Assembly (NCBI GenBank): GCA_963843145.1
Contig: CAWJJC010000020.1
Location: forward strand, 416,001-480,000
Reading direction: 5' to 3'
Source: an uncultured delta proteobacterium
GTDB taxonomy: Bacteria; Desulfobacterota; RBG-13-43-22
Length of the DNA: 64,000 bases
A program made the position numbers and the translations under genes. The notes below the pieces were generated by a model that was not told the DNA's origin, ran no database searches, and worked only from the letters and a program-made list of their open reading frames with translations. Shown here one piece after another: positions 27,631 to 37,403 of the stretch; the first letter of the stretch is position 1; each line of letters starts with the position of its first letter.

Positions 27631-29086
27631 CGTGACAAAGCCTCCTGCAATTGTGCCTTCAGTGCGGCGCGGGTCTCCGCGATCTGGGCGAGGAGCTTTT
27701 CGTATTCGGGCAGCAGGTGATCCACGTCGCCGGGGCCGTTGTCGGGGTTGTGCGGGTTCTTGAGGTCGAGGTTGTAGTTGCCGGCCTTGATCTGGTCGAT
27801 GGAGACGCGCCAGGCCTGCTCGTTTTCCACGCGGGCTGTAAGCCGTCTTTCCGCCCCACCAGCGCTTCTCGGCCTCGAACTCCTCGATGCGGATGGGCTT
27901 GCTCTTGTTGTAGCTCTTGGCGCCGGGCGGATAGGGGTGCTCGTAGTACCAGACGTCGGTGGTCGGCTGCGCCCTTGGTGAAGAAGAGCAGGTTGGTCCG
28001 GATGCCGGTGTAGGGGTTGAAGACGCCGTTGGGCAGGCGGACGATGGTGTGCAGGTTGCACTCGGTGAGCAGCGCTTCCTTGATGCGGGTCTTGACGCCT
28101 TCGCCGAAGAGCGTGCCGTCGGGCAGCACGAGCGCCGGCGCGGCCGCCGGGCTTGAGGAGCTTCATGAGCAGCACGAGGAACAGGTCGGCGGTCTCGCGG
28201 GTGCGGAACTCGGCGGGGAAGTTGGTCTCGATGCCGTCCTCCTCCATGCCGCCGAAGGGCGGGTTGGTGACGATGACGTCGACGCGCTCCTTCGGGCCCC
28301 AGTCGCGCAGCGGGCGGGCGAGGGTGTTGTCGTGGCGGACGTTGGAGGGCACGTCGATGCCGTGCAGCAGCATGTTGGTCATGCAGAGGAGGTGCGGCAG
28401 GTGCTTCTTCTCGATGCCGGCGAAGCAGTCCTGGATGCGTGCGCTCGTCGGCCTCGGTCTTGGCCTGCTTGCGCAGGTGCTCGATGGCGCAGGTGAGGAA
28501 GCCGCCGGTGCCGCAGGCGGGGTCGAGGATGGTCTCGCCGAGTGCGGGGATTGACCTGCTCGACGATGAACTGGGTGACGGCGCGCGGGGTGTAGAACTC
28601 GCCGGCGTTGCCGGCGCGACTGCAGGTCCTTGAGGATCTTCTCGTAGATGTCGCCGAACATGTGGCGGTCATCGGAGGCGTTGAAGTCGATGCCGTTGAT
28701 CTTGTTGATGACCTGGCGCATCAACGTGCCGTTCTTCATGTAGTTGTAGGCGTCCTCGAAGGTCATGCGGATGAGGCCGGCGATCTTGTCCGCCGCCGCC
28801 GGTGAGCGCCTTGAGCTTGGGCAGCAGCGTGTTGTTGACGAAGTCGAGCAGCGCGTCGCCGGTGATGCCTTCGTCGTCGGTGGCCCAGGTGCGACCAGCG
28901 GAGGTGCTTGGGCAGCGGCGACTTGTAGTCGTCGCGGAGGAGTTCCAGCTCCTTCTCGCGGTCGTCGAAGATCTTGAGGAAGAACATCCAGCCGAGCTGC
29001 TCGATGCGCTGCGCGTCGCCGTCGATGCCGGCGTCCTTGCGCATGATGTCCTGGATGGATTTGACGATGTTGGAGACGTTGGACAT
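27627..29086 (-). pseudogene. hsdM: Type I R-M methyltransferase, multiple frameshifts
   Basis: MSNVSNIVKSIQDIMRKDAG, AGEFYTPR, NPPFGG, LPDGTLFGEG in shifting frames. Confidence 0.9.
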
Positions 29087-29090
29087 GGGT

Positions 29091-31482
29091 CTAGGCAGCT
29101 TCGCTGATAAAGGTGCGGCTTCGAGTTCGCGGATGGCGGCGAGGTAGCCCGGCTTGCCGCCGAAGAGCTTGACGATCTCGATCGGCGTGCCGAAGTGCGG
29201 TGAGCGGGTCGACCTTGAGGATCTCGAGCGACTCGACGCTGCTCGATGCCCTCGTCGGCGTATTTGTCGAGCAGCGCGTCGAGCACGGCGCGGGCCTTGT
29301 CGCCGTACTTGGCGAAGACGTTGCGCTTCTTGACCTTGCTCGGCCCGCTCCCGGCGGGTGAGCGGCGGCTGGTCGAAGGCGACGTGGCAGATCGAGGTCG
29401 AAGGCGTCGAAGTCGCGGCCGACCTGCTCGGCGAGTTCGTCGAGGAAGACGCCCTGGCTCGCGAGCTCCTCGACGATGGCCTGCTTGCGGTCGGCGTCGT
29501 TCCAGGCGGTCAGGAAGTCGTCGAGCGAGGCGTACGCCTTGCGCACGGTCTTGCGGGTGTAGTCCTTGAGCGACTCGGTGATGAGCTTGCCGTCGGCGTC
29601 GAGGTACTGGACGCGCTCGGCGGCGACGCGTGACCTCCACGTCGTCGACGTAGTACTTCGTGCGGTCGCTCGCCGGCGTCGGCGGCTCGACGTGGTCCGG
29701 GCGGATCGACGTCGATCGCCGGTCGCGCTCGCATCGGCTTCGTCAGCCTGCGTCGCGGCTCATCCGGCGGCACGGGCGGCTCGTCCGGGCCGGGCTCGTA
29801 GATCTGCACCGGATCGCCATCGAAGTCCGGGTCGGCGAACAGCGCGGTGGCCCGCTTGAAATCCATGATGGTGAAGAAGAGCTTGTCGTAGTCCTCGTTG
29901 ATGCGGGTGCCGCGGCCGATGATCTGCTTGAACTCGGTCATCGAGTTGATGCGCTGGTCGAGCACGATGAGCTGGCAGGTCTGGGCATCGACGCCGGTGG
30001 TCATCAGCTTCGAGGTGGTGGCGATGACCGGGTAGCGTCGACTCCGGGTCGATGAAGTTGTCGAGCTGGGCCTTGCCCTCGTCGTTGTCGCCGGTGATCC
30101 GCATGACGTACTTGCTGTTGGCGGCGGCAAGGTCGGGGTTGGCGTTGACCAGGGCCTGGCGCATGCGCTCGGCGTGGTCGATGTTCTCGCAGAAGACGAT
30201 GGTCTTGGCGAAGCGGTCGGTGGCCTTGAGGAACTCGGTGATCTTGGCGGCGACGAGCTCGGTGCGCTTTTCGAGGACCAGGTTGCGGTCGAAGTCGCGT
30301 CTGGTTGTAGTCGCGGTCTTCGATCACCTGGCCGTGCTTGTCGGTCTTGCCCTTCTCGGGCCGCCAGCCGTCGAGGTCCTTGTCGAGGCCGATGCGCACG
30401 ACTTTGTAGGGGGCGAGGAAGCCGTCCTCGATGCCCTGCTTGAGCGAGTAGGTGTAGATCGGGTCGCCGAAGTAGTCGATGTTGGAGACGTCCTTGGTCT
30501 CCTTGGGCGTGGCGGTGAGGCCGATCTGCGTGGCGGAGGAGAAGTAGTCGAGGACCTCGCGCCAGGCGGCGTCGTCGGCGGCGCTGCCGCGGTGGCATTC
30601 GTCGACGACGATCAGGTCGAAGAAGTCGGGCGAGAACTGCTTGTAGATGTTCTGCTCTTCCTCGGTGCCGGTGACGGCCTGGTAGAGGCGAGAGGTAGAT
30701 CTCGAAGGCCTTGTCGACCGTGCGATTGGTGATCTTGGTCATCGCCTGGCCGAACGGCTTGAAGTCGTTGGTCTTGGTCTGGTCGACGAGGATGTTGCGG
30801 TCGACGAGGAACAGGATGCGCTTCTTGGCGCCCGGACTTCCACAGCCGCCAGATGATCTGGAAGGCGGTGTAGGTCTTGCCGGTGCCGGTGGCCATGACG
30901 AGCAGGATGCGGTTCTCGCCGCGGGCGATGGCCTCGACGGTGCGGTTGATGGCGATGAGCTGGTAGTAGCGCGGCGTCTTGCCGGAGCCGTCGTCGTAGT
31001 AGTCCTGCGTGGCGACGGCTTCCTGCGTCGGCGGTGTAGCCCTTGGCGTGCGCGGTAGCGCGCCCAGAGTTCCTCGGGCGAGGGGAACTGGTCGAGCGGG
31101 ATCTCGCGTTCGACGGTGCCGCGCGTTGCCGGTGCGGTCGTGTTCGAGGAAGCCGTCGCCGTTGGAGCTGAAGGCGAACGGCACGTCGAGGATCTCGGCG
31201 TAGTCGAGCGCCTGCTGCATGCCGGCGCCGACGGAGTGGTTGTTGTCCTTGGCCTCGACGACGGCGATCGGGATGTTCGGCTTGTAGAAGAGGAGGTAGT
31301 CGGCCTTCTTGGCTTCGCCGCGCTTGACGGTCTTGCCGCGAACGATGACGCGGCCCTTGGTGAAGTAGACCTCCTCGCGAATCTGGGTCATCACGTCCCA
31401 CTTCTCGCCGTTCGCGCCGACGATGCGCCGGGGTGATGAACTTGGTGCGGATGTCCGCTTCGGTGAGAGCTTTCTTGTCCAT
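29091..31482 (-). pseudogene. hsdR: Type I R-M restriction subunit (EcoAI-like), multiple frameshifts
   Basis: [41 protein letters not shown] in shifting frames. Confidence 0.9.
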
Positions 31483-31702
31483 GGTTCCTTTAAGGCGGCA
31501 CGGTACCAGGTCCAGTGCGTCTTTTATGGCCGATGGGAATCCGGGACTTAATTGAATTCATTAGAGAAAAAAACCCTGCGTTTTGATTACGAGGCAGGGC
31601 CTTTTAGGTTCAAATATCCTCCCCAAGTTAAGGTTATGCGGAAAAATAATTGGGAAATTAAACGGATAGCTCGGAAATACCACAACTTTTGATGGCTGTC
31701 AA

Positions 31703-31834
31703 TCATTGGAGCGGGGATAAGCATTCGCTTCTTTTAGCATCCAGAATCATCCCATCAATGCGGAAGTCGGCGATGAACAACTCACTGCCGGTCAGGCTGG
31801 TACGGTTGGGCTGGGTGGGGGTCTCTGATTTCAT
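31703..31834 (-). pseudogene. Short ORF, possible 5' remnant of a PLD/helicase-type defence gene
   Basis: MKSETPTQPNRTSLTGSELFIAD...; weak recollection of a GSELFIVDN N-terminus. Confidence 0.25.
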
Positions 31835-31854
31835 CGAATAGTTTTTCAAAAAAT

Positions 31855-32232
31855 CTATCCGGACTTATTACCCTTATTATTACCCTCTTTTAAAGGCATT
31901 CCTTCTTTTCCACTACAAAGCGCTCGGGCCAGCAGGTACGGGTCGCGGAAAACAAGATCCGGCGTGAGCTTATCCTCCTCCCGGAGCTGTTTAATCTCCA
32001 TCTCCGCCAATTTGACCGGTTTGCGGGACAGGGCCGTACGTTCGAACAGCATGGACTGGATTTTCTTGTCCAAAGTGCGCGTATTCCATCCCTCGATCCG
32101 GCACATTTCGGCGTAGAATTCACGTTTCAGAGGATCGTCAAGATAAATGAGCGATTTAAAGTGGGTCCAGGTTAATTGTCTCCGCAGTGCGGAGACAATC
32201 TCCAGATGAGGAAACGCTTCTGCAAACCGCAT
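31855..32232 (-). pseudogene. DUF1016/YhcG internal fragment
   Basis: MRFAEAFP...LTWTHF...REFYAEMC...FRDPYLL, then truncation. Confidence 0.8.
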
Positions 32233-32529
32233 CTTCTTTAAAAAAATGGGGTTTTGTCGGACTGCTTCGTTGTCCAGCCTTTCCGAATAAGGTTGCCAGT
32301 CATGAAGAGTTTACCTGTCGACGAACAAGTTAAAGCATAACAACAAGTTAAAGTCAATGAAAGATTCGTTATCAGAAATCCAAAAATAGCGGTTGCGATA
32401 TTTCCGTTTTTCCCGGATCCGTTGACCGCTCGCTTCGGATAATGAATGCTCTTCTTACGGCTATGGCCAAACGGGGATATTTGGTGCCAGTGGATATGTT
32501 AAATCATTCATTCGCGGTAAAGGTATTGG

Positions 32530-32712
32530 ATGAACAGATTAACTTTCGCCTGGCATGAAAGTCAAAATCTTCGAGCTTTCATAGATGCAACTAAGGAGAA
32601 ATACTTCCCTATCGATCCCGACGGTGAGCTGGCCAAATGGTTAATATGGGCCAGCCGGCAAGCAGATCATCTGGATCCCTTAAATAGTCAATCCAGGTTT
32701 CAAATCCCATAG
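32530..32712 (+). pseudogene. Probable C-terminal fragment of a hypothetical protein
   Basis: WLIWASRQADHLDPL reads like a conserved C-terminus; 60 aa. Confidence 0.4.
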
Positions 32713-32851
32713 ACCTCCTCAAAGGGCATACCACCGGATGGGGACGGTTAATGGGGGTCTTCCTTCGACTTGATTTTTTTGAGGTTTTTCGTTATCCTTT
32801 CTAATAGACATCCTGAAGAATAGAAATTTTACCGTAAAGGGAGATTCGTTC

Positions 32852-33436
32852 ATGAAAAGAAACTTGATCTGGATAGTTCTGATAATTGGAGTGCTGAGTC
32901 TCTACGGCTGCGGGTACAACACCATTCAGCAGAACGAGGAGGCGGTCAAGGCCGCCTGGGGGGACGTGGAATCCTCCTACCAGCGCCGGAATGATCTGGT
33001 CCCCAACCTGGTGGAAACCGTCAAGGGCTACGCCAAGCAGGAAAAGGATACCTTGATCGCCGTCACCGAGGCCCGGGCCAAGGTGGGCAGTATTAAGGTG
33101 GATAAGGGCCTCATCGAGGACCCTAACGCCATGGCGCAGTTTCAGGGCGCCCAGGCATCCATGAGCAGCGCTTTGTCTCGCTTAATGGTGGTGGTGGAAA
33201 AATACCCGGACTTAAAATCAAACCAGAATTTTCTGGACCTCCAGCACCAACTGGAGGGCACGGAAAACCGCATCAACGTGGCCCGGGGGAAATACAACAA
33301 GACCGTGGAGATTTTTAACACCTCCATCCGGACCTTTCCCAACAGCCTGACCAATAGCATTTTGCTGAAGCTGAAATTAAAAGAACCATTCAAAGCCGAG
33401 GCCGGGGCGGAGAAAGCCCCCCAGGTAAAGTTTTAA
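32852..33436 (+). CDS. lemA: LemA family protein
   Basis: GCGYN, YQRR.DLVPNLVETVKGYA, YPDLKSNQNF..LQ.QLEGTENRI. Confidence 0.96.
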   Translation: MKRNLIWIVLIIGVLSLYGCGYNTIQQNEEAVKAAWGDVESSYQRRNDLVPNLVETVKGYAKQEKDTLIAVTEARAKVGSIKVDKGLIEDPNAMAQFQGAQASMSSALSRLMVVVEKYPDLKSNQNFLDLQHQLEGTENRINVARGKYNKTVEIFNTSIRTFPNSLTNSILLKLKLKEPFKAEAGAEKAPQVKF

Positions 33437-33472
33437 TAAGAATTCTTGGTTCGAACATAGGCTGAGAACTAC

Positions 33473-33500
33473 CTGGATCCCGGCTTTCGCCGGGATGACG
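33473..33500. repeat. REP-like palindrome
   Basis: ctggatcccggctttcgccgggatgacg; related copy at 52510-52540. Confidence 0.7.
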
Positions 33501-33549
33501 ACAAAAGACGGACCCCGTTCTTCCATCAGGGTCAATACACCTCATTATA

Positions 33550-34425
33550 ATGAAAAAAATCTGGTTTCTCATCTTGATTATCCTCCTGTTGCCCTACTAT
33601 TCTTGGGCTCTGGAGGTGCCGGCGCTTCAGGGGTATGTGAACGACTATGCCGGTCTGATCTCCCCGGAGGCCAAGGCCAAGCTGGAAAATGATCTCCGGG
33701 CCTTTGAACAGAGTGATTCGACCCAGGTGGTTATTCTGACCATCCCTTCCCTCGAAGGGGAAGACCTGGAAGGCTTCTCCATCCGGGTCGCCACCACCTG
33801 GAAGATCGGCCAGCAGACTAAAGACAACGGGGTGCTGCTGCTGGTAGCCAAGCAGGAGCGAAAAATCCGTATCGAGGTGGGCAAGGGGTTGGAAGGGGTC
33901 CTGACAGACCTGCTCTCCGGACGGATCATCGATCTGGTCATCAAGCCAAATTTCAAGCGAGGGGATTATAGCGGCGGTTTTGTCGCCGGAGTGGCCGCTA
34001 TCATCGACGCTACCCGCGGCGAATTCAAGGGCGACGCCCAGGGGCCGTCGGCCCAACATAAAAAAGGGGCGCCTTCTTTTTTTACCTTGCTCCTTTTTTT
34101 AGGGATCCTCTTACTTTTTCTGGGCAGCCTGTCCCGTATTTTAGGTGGAATAACCGGCGCCGCCGGACTGCCCTTGATCACCAACCTGGGACTATTCCCG
34201 CTCGGGTTAACGGCCCTGATTATTCTAGGTCTGGTCGGGTTTGGTTTGGGGTTTCTACTGCCCGCCCTTTTTTCAGCCGGCCGAGGATCTTCCGGAGGCG
34301 GGCCCTGGTTCGGAGGCGGCTTCTTTGGATCCGGTGGCGGCTGGGGCGGGGGCGGTGATTCCGGCGGTGGGTTCAGCGGCGGCGGGGGCGACTTCGGCGG
34401 CGGCGGGGCCTCGGGGGGCTGGTAG
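33550..34425 (+). CDS. TPM domain protein (YgcG-like) with Gly-rich tail
   Basis: VNDYAGLIS, DNGVLLLVA, RIEVG.GLEG, GGGGDFGGGGASGGW. Confidence 0.93.
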   Translation: MKKIWFLILIILLLPYYSWALEVPALQGYVNDYAGLISPEAKAKLENDLRAFEQSDSTQVVILTIPSLEGEDLEGFSIRVATTWKIGQQTKDNGVLLLVAKQERKIRIEVGKGLEGVLTDLLSGRIIDLVIKPNFKRGDYSGGFVAGVAAIIDATRGEFKGDAQGPSAQHKKGAPSFFTLLLFLGILLLFLGSLSRILGGITGAAGLPLITNLGLFPLGLTALIILGLVGFGLGFLLPALFSAGRGSSGGGPWFGGGFFGSGGGWGGGGDSGGGFSGGGGDFGGGGASGGW

Positions 34426-34483
34426 GGAAAACCGATCCTTGAGGCTGGATACGGAATGCGGGTTAACCAAGGGGAAATACTGA

Positions 34484-35119
34484 TTGAAGGCCGATAATTT
34501 TTTCAACCAACAGGAAAAGGAAGAGATCAGCCGGGCGATCAAGTCCATGGAAACACGGACCAGCGGTGAAATAGCGGTGATCCTGGTTGACCAGAGCGAT
34601 CCCTACCCCGAAGGAGAATTCCTGGGGGGGATTTTAATCGGAGGGCTGCTGGCCTTTGTGGCGGCGCTGTGGTTCTTTCACGGCCAGATCTGGTTTCTCG
34701 TCCCGCTCCACTTCCTTTTCTTTCTCCCCTTGTACCTCCTGTTCCAAAAAATCCCTTTCTTAAAAACACCCTTCCTCGGGGCCAGGAGAAAAGAGGCGGC
34801 GGTCAGAAGGAGGGCGTTACAGGCTTTCTACGAAAAGGGGCTGTATAGAACTCAGCAGCATACGGGCGTACTTTTTTTTCTTTCGCTCCTGGAAAGAAAA
34901 GTCTGGGTCCTGGCCGATAAGGGGATTTACGAAAAGATAAAACAGGAAACGCTGAATCAATTTGCGGGCCAGGTGTCGGCGGGAGTCAGGGACCGGCTGG
35001 CCGGGCGAGCCCTGGTCCAGGCCATCCAAGGAATAGGGAATCTCTTGGCCGAGCATTTTCCAATAACACCGGGGGATATCGACGAACTGCCCGATGAAGT
35101 AATGACCCTGGAAAACTAA
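34484..35119 (+). CDS. TPM domain membrane protein
   Basis: ETRTSGEI, TGVLFFLSLLERKVWVLADKGI, DELPD. Confidence 0.9.
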   Translation: MKADNFFNQQEKEEISRAIKSMETRTSGEIAVILVDQSDPYPEGEFLGGILIGGLLAFVAALWFFHGQIWFLVPLHFLFFLPLYLLFQKIPFLKTPFLGARRKEAAVRRRALQAFYEKGLYRTQQHTGVLFFLSLLERKVWVLADKGIYEKIKQETLNQFAGQVSAGVRDRLAGRALVQAIQGIGNLLAEHFPITPGDIDELPDEVMTLEN

Positions 35120-35241
35120 GCAAAAATTGGCAAACCGGCCTGGCGCGGCGGATCACGGCTCCACTGGATTTTATTGTCGGCTAAGGTCGCTCTGACGGTG
35201 GTTACGCGGTCGTTTTCCGGAGCTTCTTTTCTCTGCCGACG

Positions 35242-36738
35242 TCAGAGTGCGAGGTCGATTCCGGTGATGCAGGTTCCGGGGCGGACCGTTACCGTGCAAA
35301 CGGCGTTTGGCTTGTCCGCTGCACGGATTAGGTATTCATCCGCCGGCAGTTCCAGCCTTGAAAAGCGGTACCGTCCTGAAGAGTCGGTGCGGGTCTCGGC
35401 GATGAGCCGCTCGCCCTTGAATGCCCTGACGACCGCGCCCGGCACAGCATCGGATCCCTGGCGCACGGTCCCGCAGAGGGCCAAAACCTTGTTCCGGAGC
35501 GTCTCCAGGTAGCGAAGCCCGTGCCCGCTGTAGGCGTATCCCTGGGTGTACAGGTTCCCCGATGGACTATTATCGGTCCTGGTTGGACCGGAAGGATCCA
35601 GCGGTTCTATGGCCGTATCCTCGTTCCATTCGTTCCAACTGGTGATCAGAATCATATTCAGCCGGGGATCCACGAACCGAAATGCCGTCAGGTCGAACAG
35701 TTTGGCAAACAGGCTGGCTTCGCCTGCGCCCTCGCTCCATTCCCGTGGAATCGCGTAGTGATTCTCATTCAGCCGGACCCCGCGGTCGTTGTAGCCTGGA
35801 ATAATCTGCGGGACAAAGTAGACCGTGCCGTTCGAGGCCGAGAGGTACTCGGTGTACTTGGCGGCGACGTCTGAGACGTAGGTGCTGCGGGCGGCATAAC
35901 CCTTCTGGGATACGCTGCCGTTCTCATACATGTTGTACGAGGTGATGGCATCGAACAGGCGGAACCGGGTCGGCTGCGGGGTCTCTACCAGCGGGAAGGG
36001 AATCTGGCCGGGTCGGACTACCGGGGACACCTTCCAGAATACCTCGTCCCCGATCAGGAACAGGTCGTACCCCCGCGTCCGCATGGCGGAGCGCAAACGG
36101 ACGATGGCCTGCGCAAATGCGCCGCTGAAAGTTCTGGTCAGGTAAAGGAAGACGACGGGTCGCCCCCGGATACGCAGATAGGACGGATGGCTGAAACAGC
36201 GCGTCGCGATTCTTTCGAAGTCGGCGATCATCCGGGTCGTTTTGGCCTCGTCGAAGCGGATGGTTCCCAGCCTGGAGTCGAAACCCAGCGCCTGTGTTTC
36301 GTAGAAGACACAGAACTTGATGTCGGCGATATTCGGGGTCTGGTACAGGCTGTCGAGGAACGACTCGGTGCGTTCCGATTCACTCGACCACCAACCGATG
36401 GACAGGAAATCGATCCCGTATTCGGAGCACCAGGCGATATGGCGTCCGATCACCTTGGTGTCGGTTGACCGATACTCGCCCCCGGGAAAAGTCTGCTTGG
36501 GACGAAGGTGTTCGCGCAAATAGCCCTGCCGGAAATTACCCGGATACCAGATGTAATAATGGGCGCCCACAAGATACCGATCAGGCTGGATGACCGGAAG
36601 CGTTGCCGGCGGCGCGCTGATCCGTCGTTGTACGGTGTAATAAGCCAGTCCAACCAGGACGAAGGCCACCGCGATACCGGCGGCGGTCCAGATCCGGCGG
36701 CGACTGCCCCAAGCGGATAGTCTTTCTGCCGGGTTCAT
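35242..36738 (-). CDS. GH99-like glycoside hydrolase with N-terminal anchor and C-terminal beta-sandwich
   Basis: VGAHYYIWY, YGIDF..IGWW, PGYND, ITSWNEWNEDTAIEP. Confidence 0.8.
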   Translation of the reverse strand: MNPAERLSAWGSRRRIWTAAGIAVAFVLVGLAYYTVQRRISAPPATLPVIQPDRYLVGAHYYIWYPGNFRQGYLREHLRPKQTFPGGEYRSTDTKVIGRHIAWCSEYGIDFLSIGWWSSESERTESFLDSLYQTPNIADIKFCVFYETQALGFDSRLGTIRFDEAKTTRMIADFERIATRCFSHPSYLRIRGRPVVFLYLTRTFSGAFAQAIVRLRSAMRTRGYDLFLIGDEVFWKVSPVVRPGQIPFPLVETPQPTRFRLFDAITSYNMYENGSVSQKGYAARSTYVSDVAAKYTEYLSASNGTVYFVPQIIPGYNDRGVRLNENHYAIPREWSEGAGEASLFAKLFDLTAFRFVDPRLNMILITSWNEWNEDTAIEPLDPSGPTRTDNSPSGNLYTQGYAYSGHGLRYLETLRNKVLALCGTVRQGSDAVPGAVVRAFKGERLIAETRTDSSGRYRFSRLELPADEYLIRAADKPNAVCTVTVRPGTCITGIDLAL

Positions 36739-37128
36739 GTCGACGCCTTCACGCAGAGCCGTGGCGGGCTGGCCGGGTCGAATCTGGCCAGGCTCTGGGC
36801 CCGAAGGGAGCGCCGGTCTTCCACGCCCCAGTAGGATAGACAGGACAGTAATTCTCCGCTCCCAGGACAACCGGCCAGAAAAAATCTTCGCGGCTATTGA
36901 ATGGCTGGCGGCCATGACCTCTTCTATCCCCGGCCAGAGCAATCAAATGATTCGTTAGCATGGTTTCTATAGTAATATCTCGTTGCGGATGACGGTGTTG
37001 GAATGGTCCAGGGTGTTGGTGCGAAACTCATCGGACTGGCCGACTCCCGCCGACCCCAAGACCTCAAACTTCCGGCCTCCTTTTATTAACAGTGTCATAA
37101 TTGTACTTACACGGGGTGTTTTCTTTTT

Positions 37129-37339
37129 ATCTCTCGCCCGCTTCGCTCGAGTTCGCCGAGGGCGCAGAGAAAGACCAAGTTGCTTTTTGAAAAATCGCTG
37201 AGACGCCGATTTTTCAAAAGAACTCACGCCTCCGGCGGGGTCTTATTCGCGGAGCGGGAGATTTTTTTTGATTGCCGGCCCCTCAGCGGCAATCAAAAAT
37301 TATTTATTCTCTGCGGTCTCGGTGTGCTCTGTGAGAGAT
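37129..37339. repeat. Nested palindromic element with two internal 13-bp hairpins
   Basis: Stems 37185-37197/37207-37219 and 37265-37277/37287-37299; outer cgccgagggcgcagaga / tctctgcggtctcggtg arms. Confidence 0.75.
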
Positions 37340-37403
37340 CGTCTTTTGTCTTTGGTTGTGACTGGCGGCTTCAAGGAATCCTGTCAATATTATTTTGAGA
37401 CCG

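Noticed and set aside
27651-31436. Many long plus-strand and alternate-frame ORFs over hsdR/hsdM
   Set aside because: Shadows of GC-rich codon bias and frameshifts; Arg/Pro-rich with no motifs
19912-31690. AAAAGTTGTGG at 19912 and its inverse at ~31680 as island terminal repeats
   Set aside because: Only 11 bp, no target duplication or recombinase, and island-like fragments continue beyond 31690
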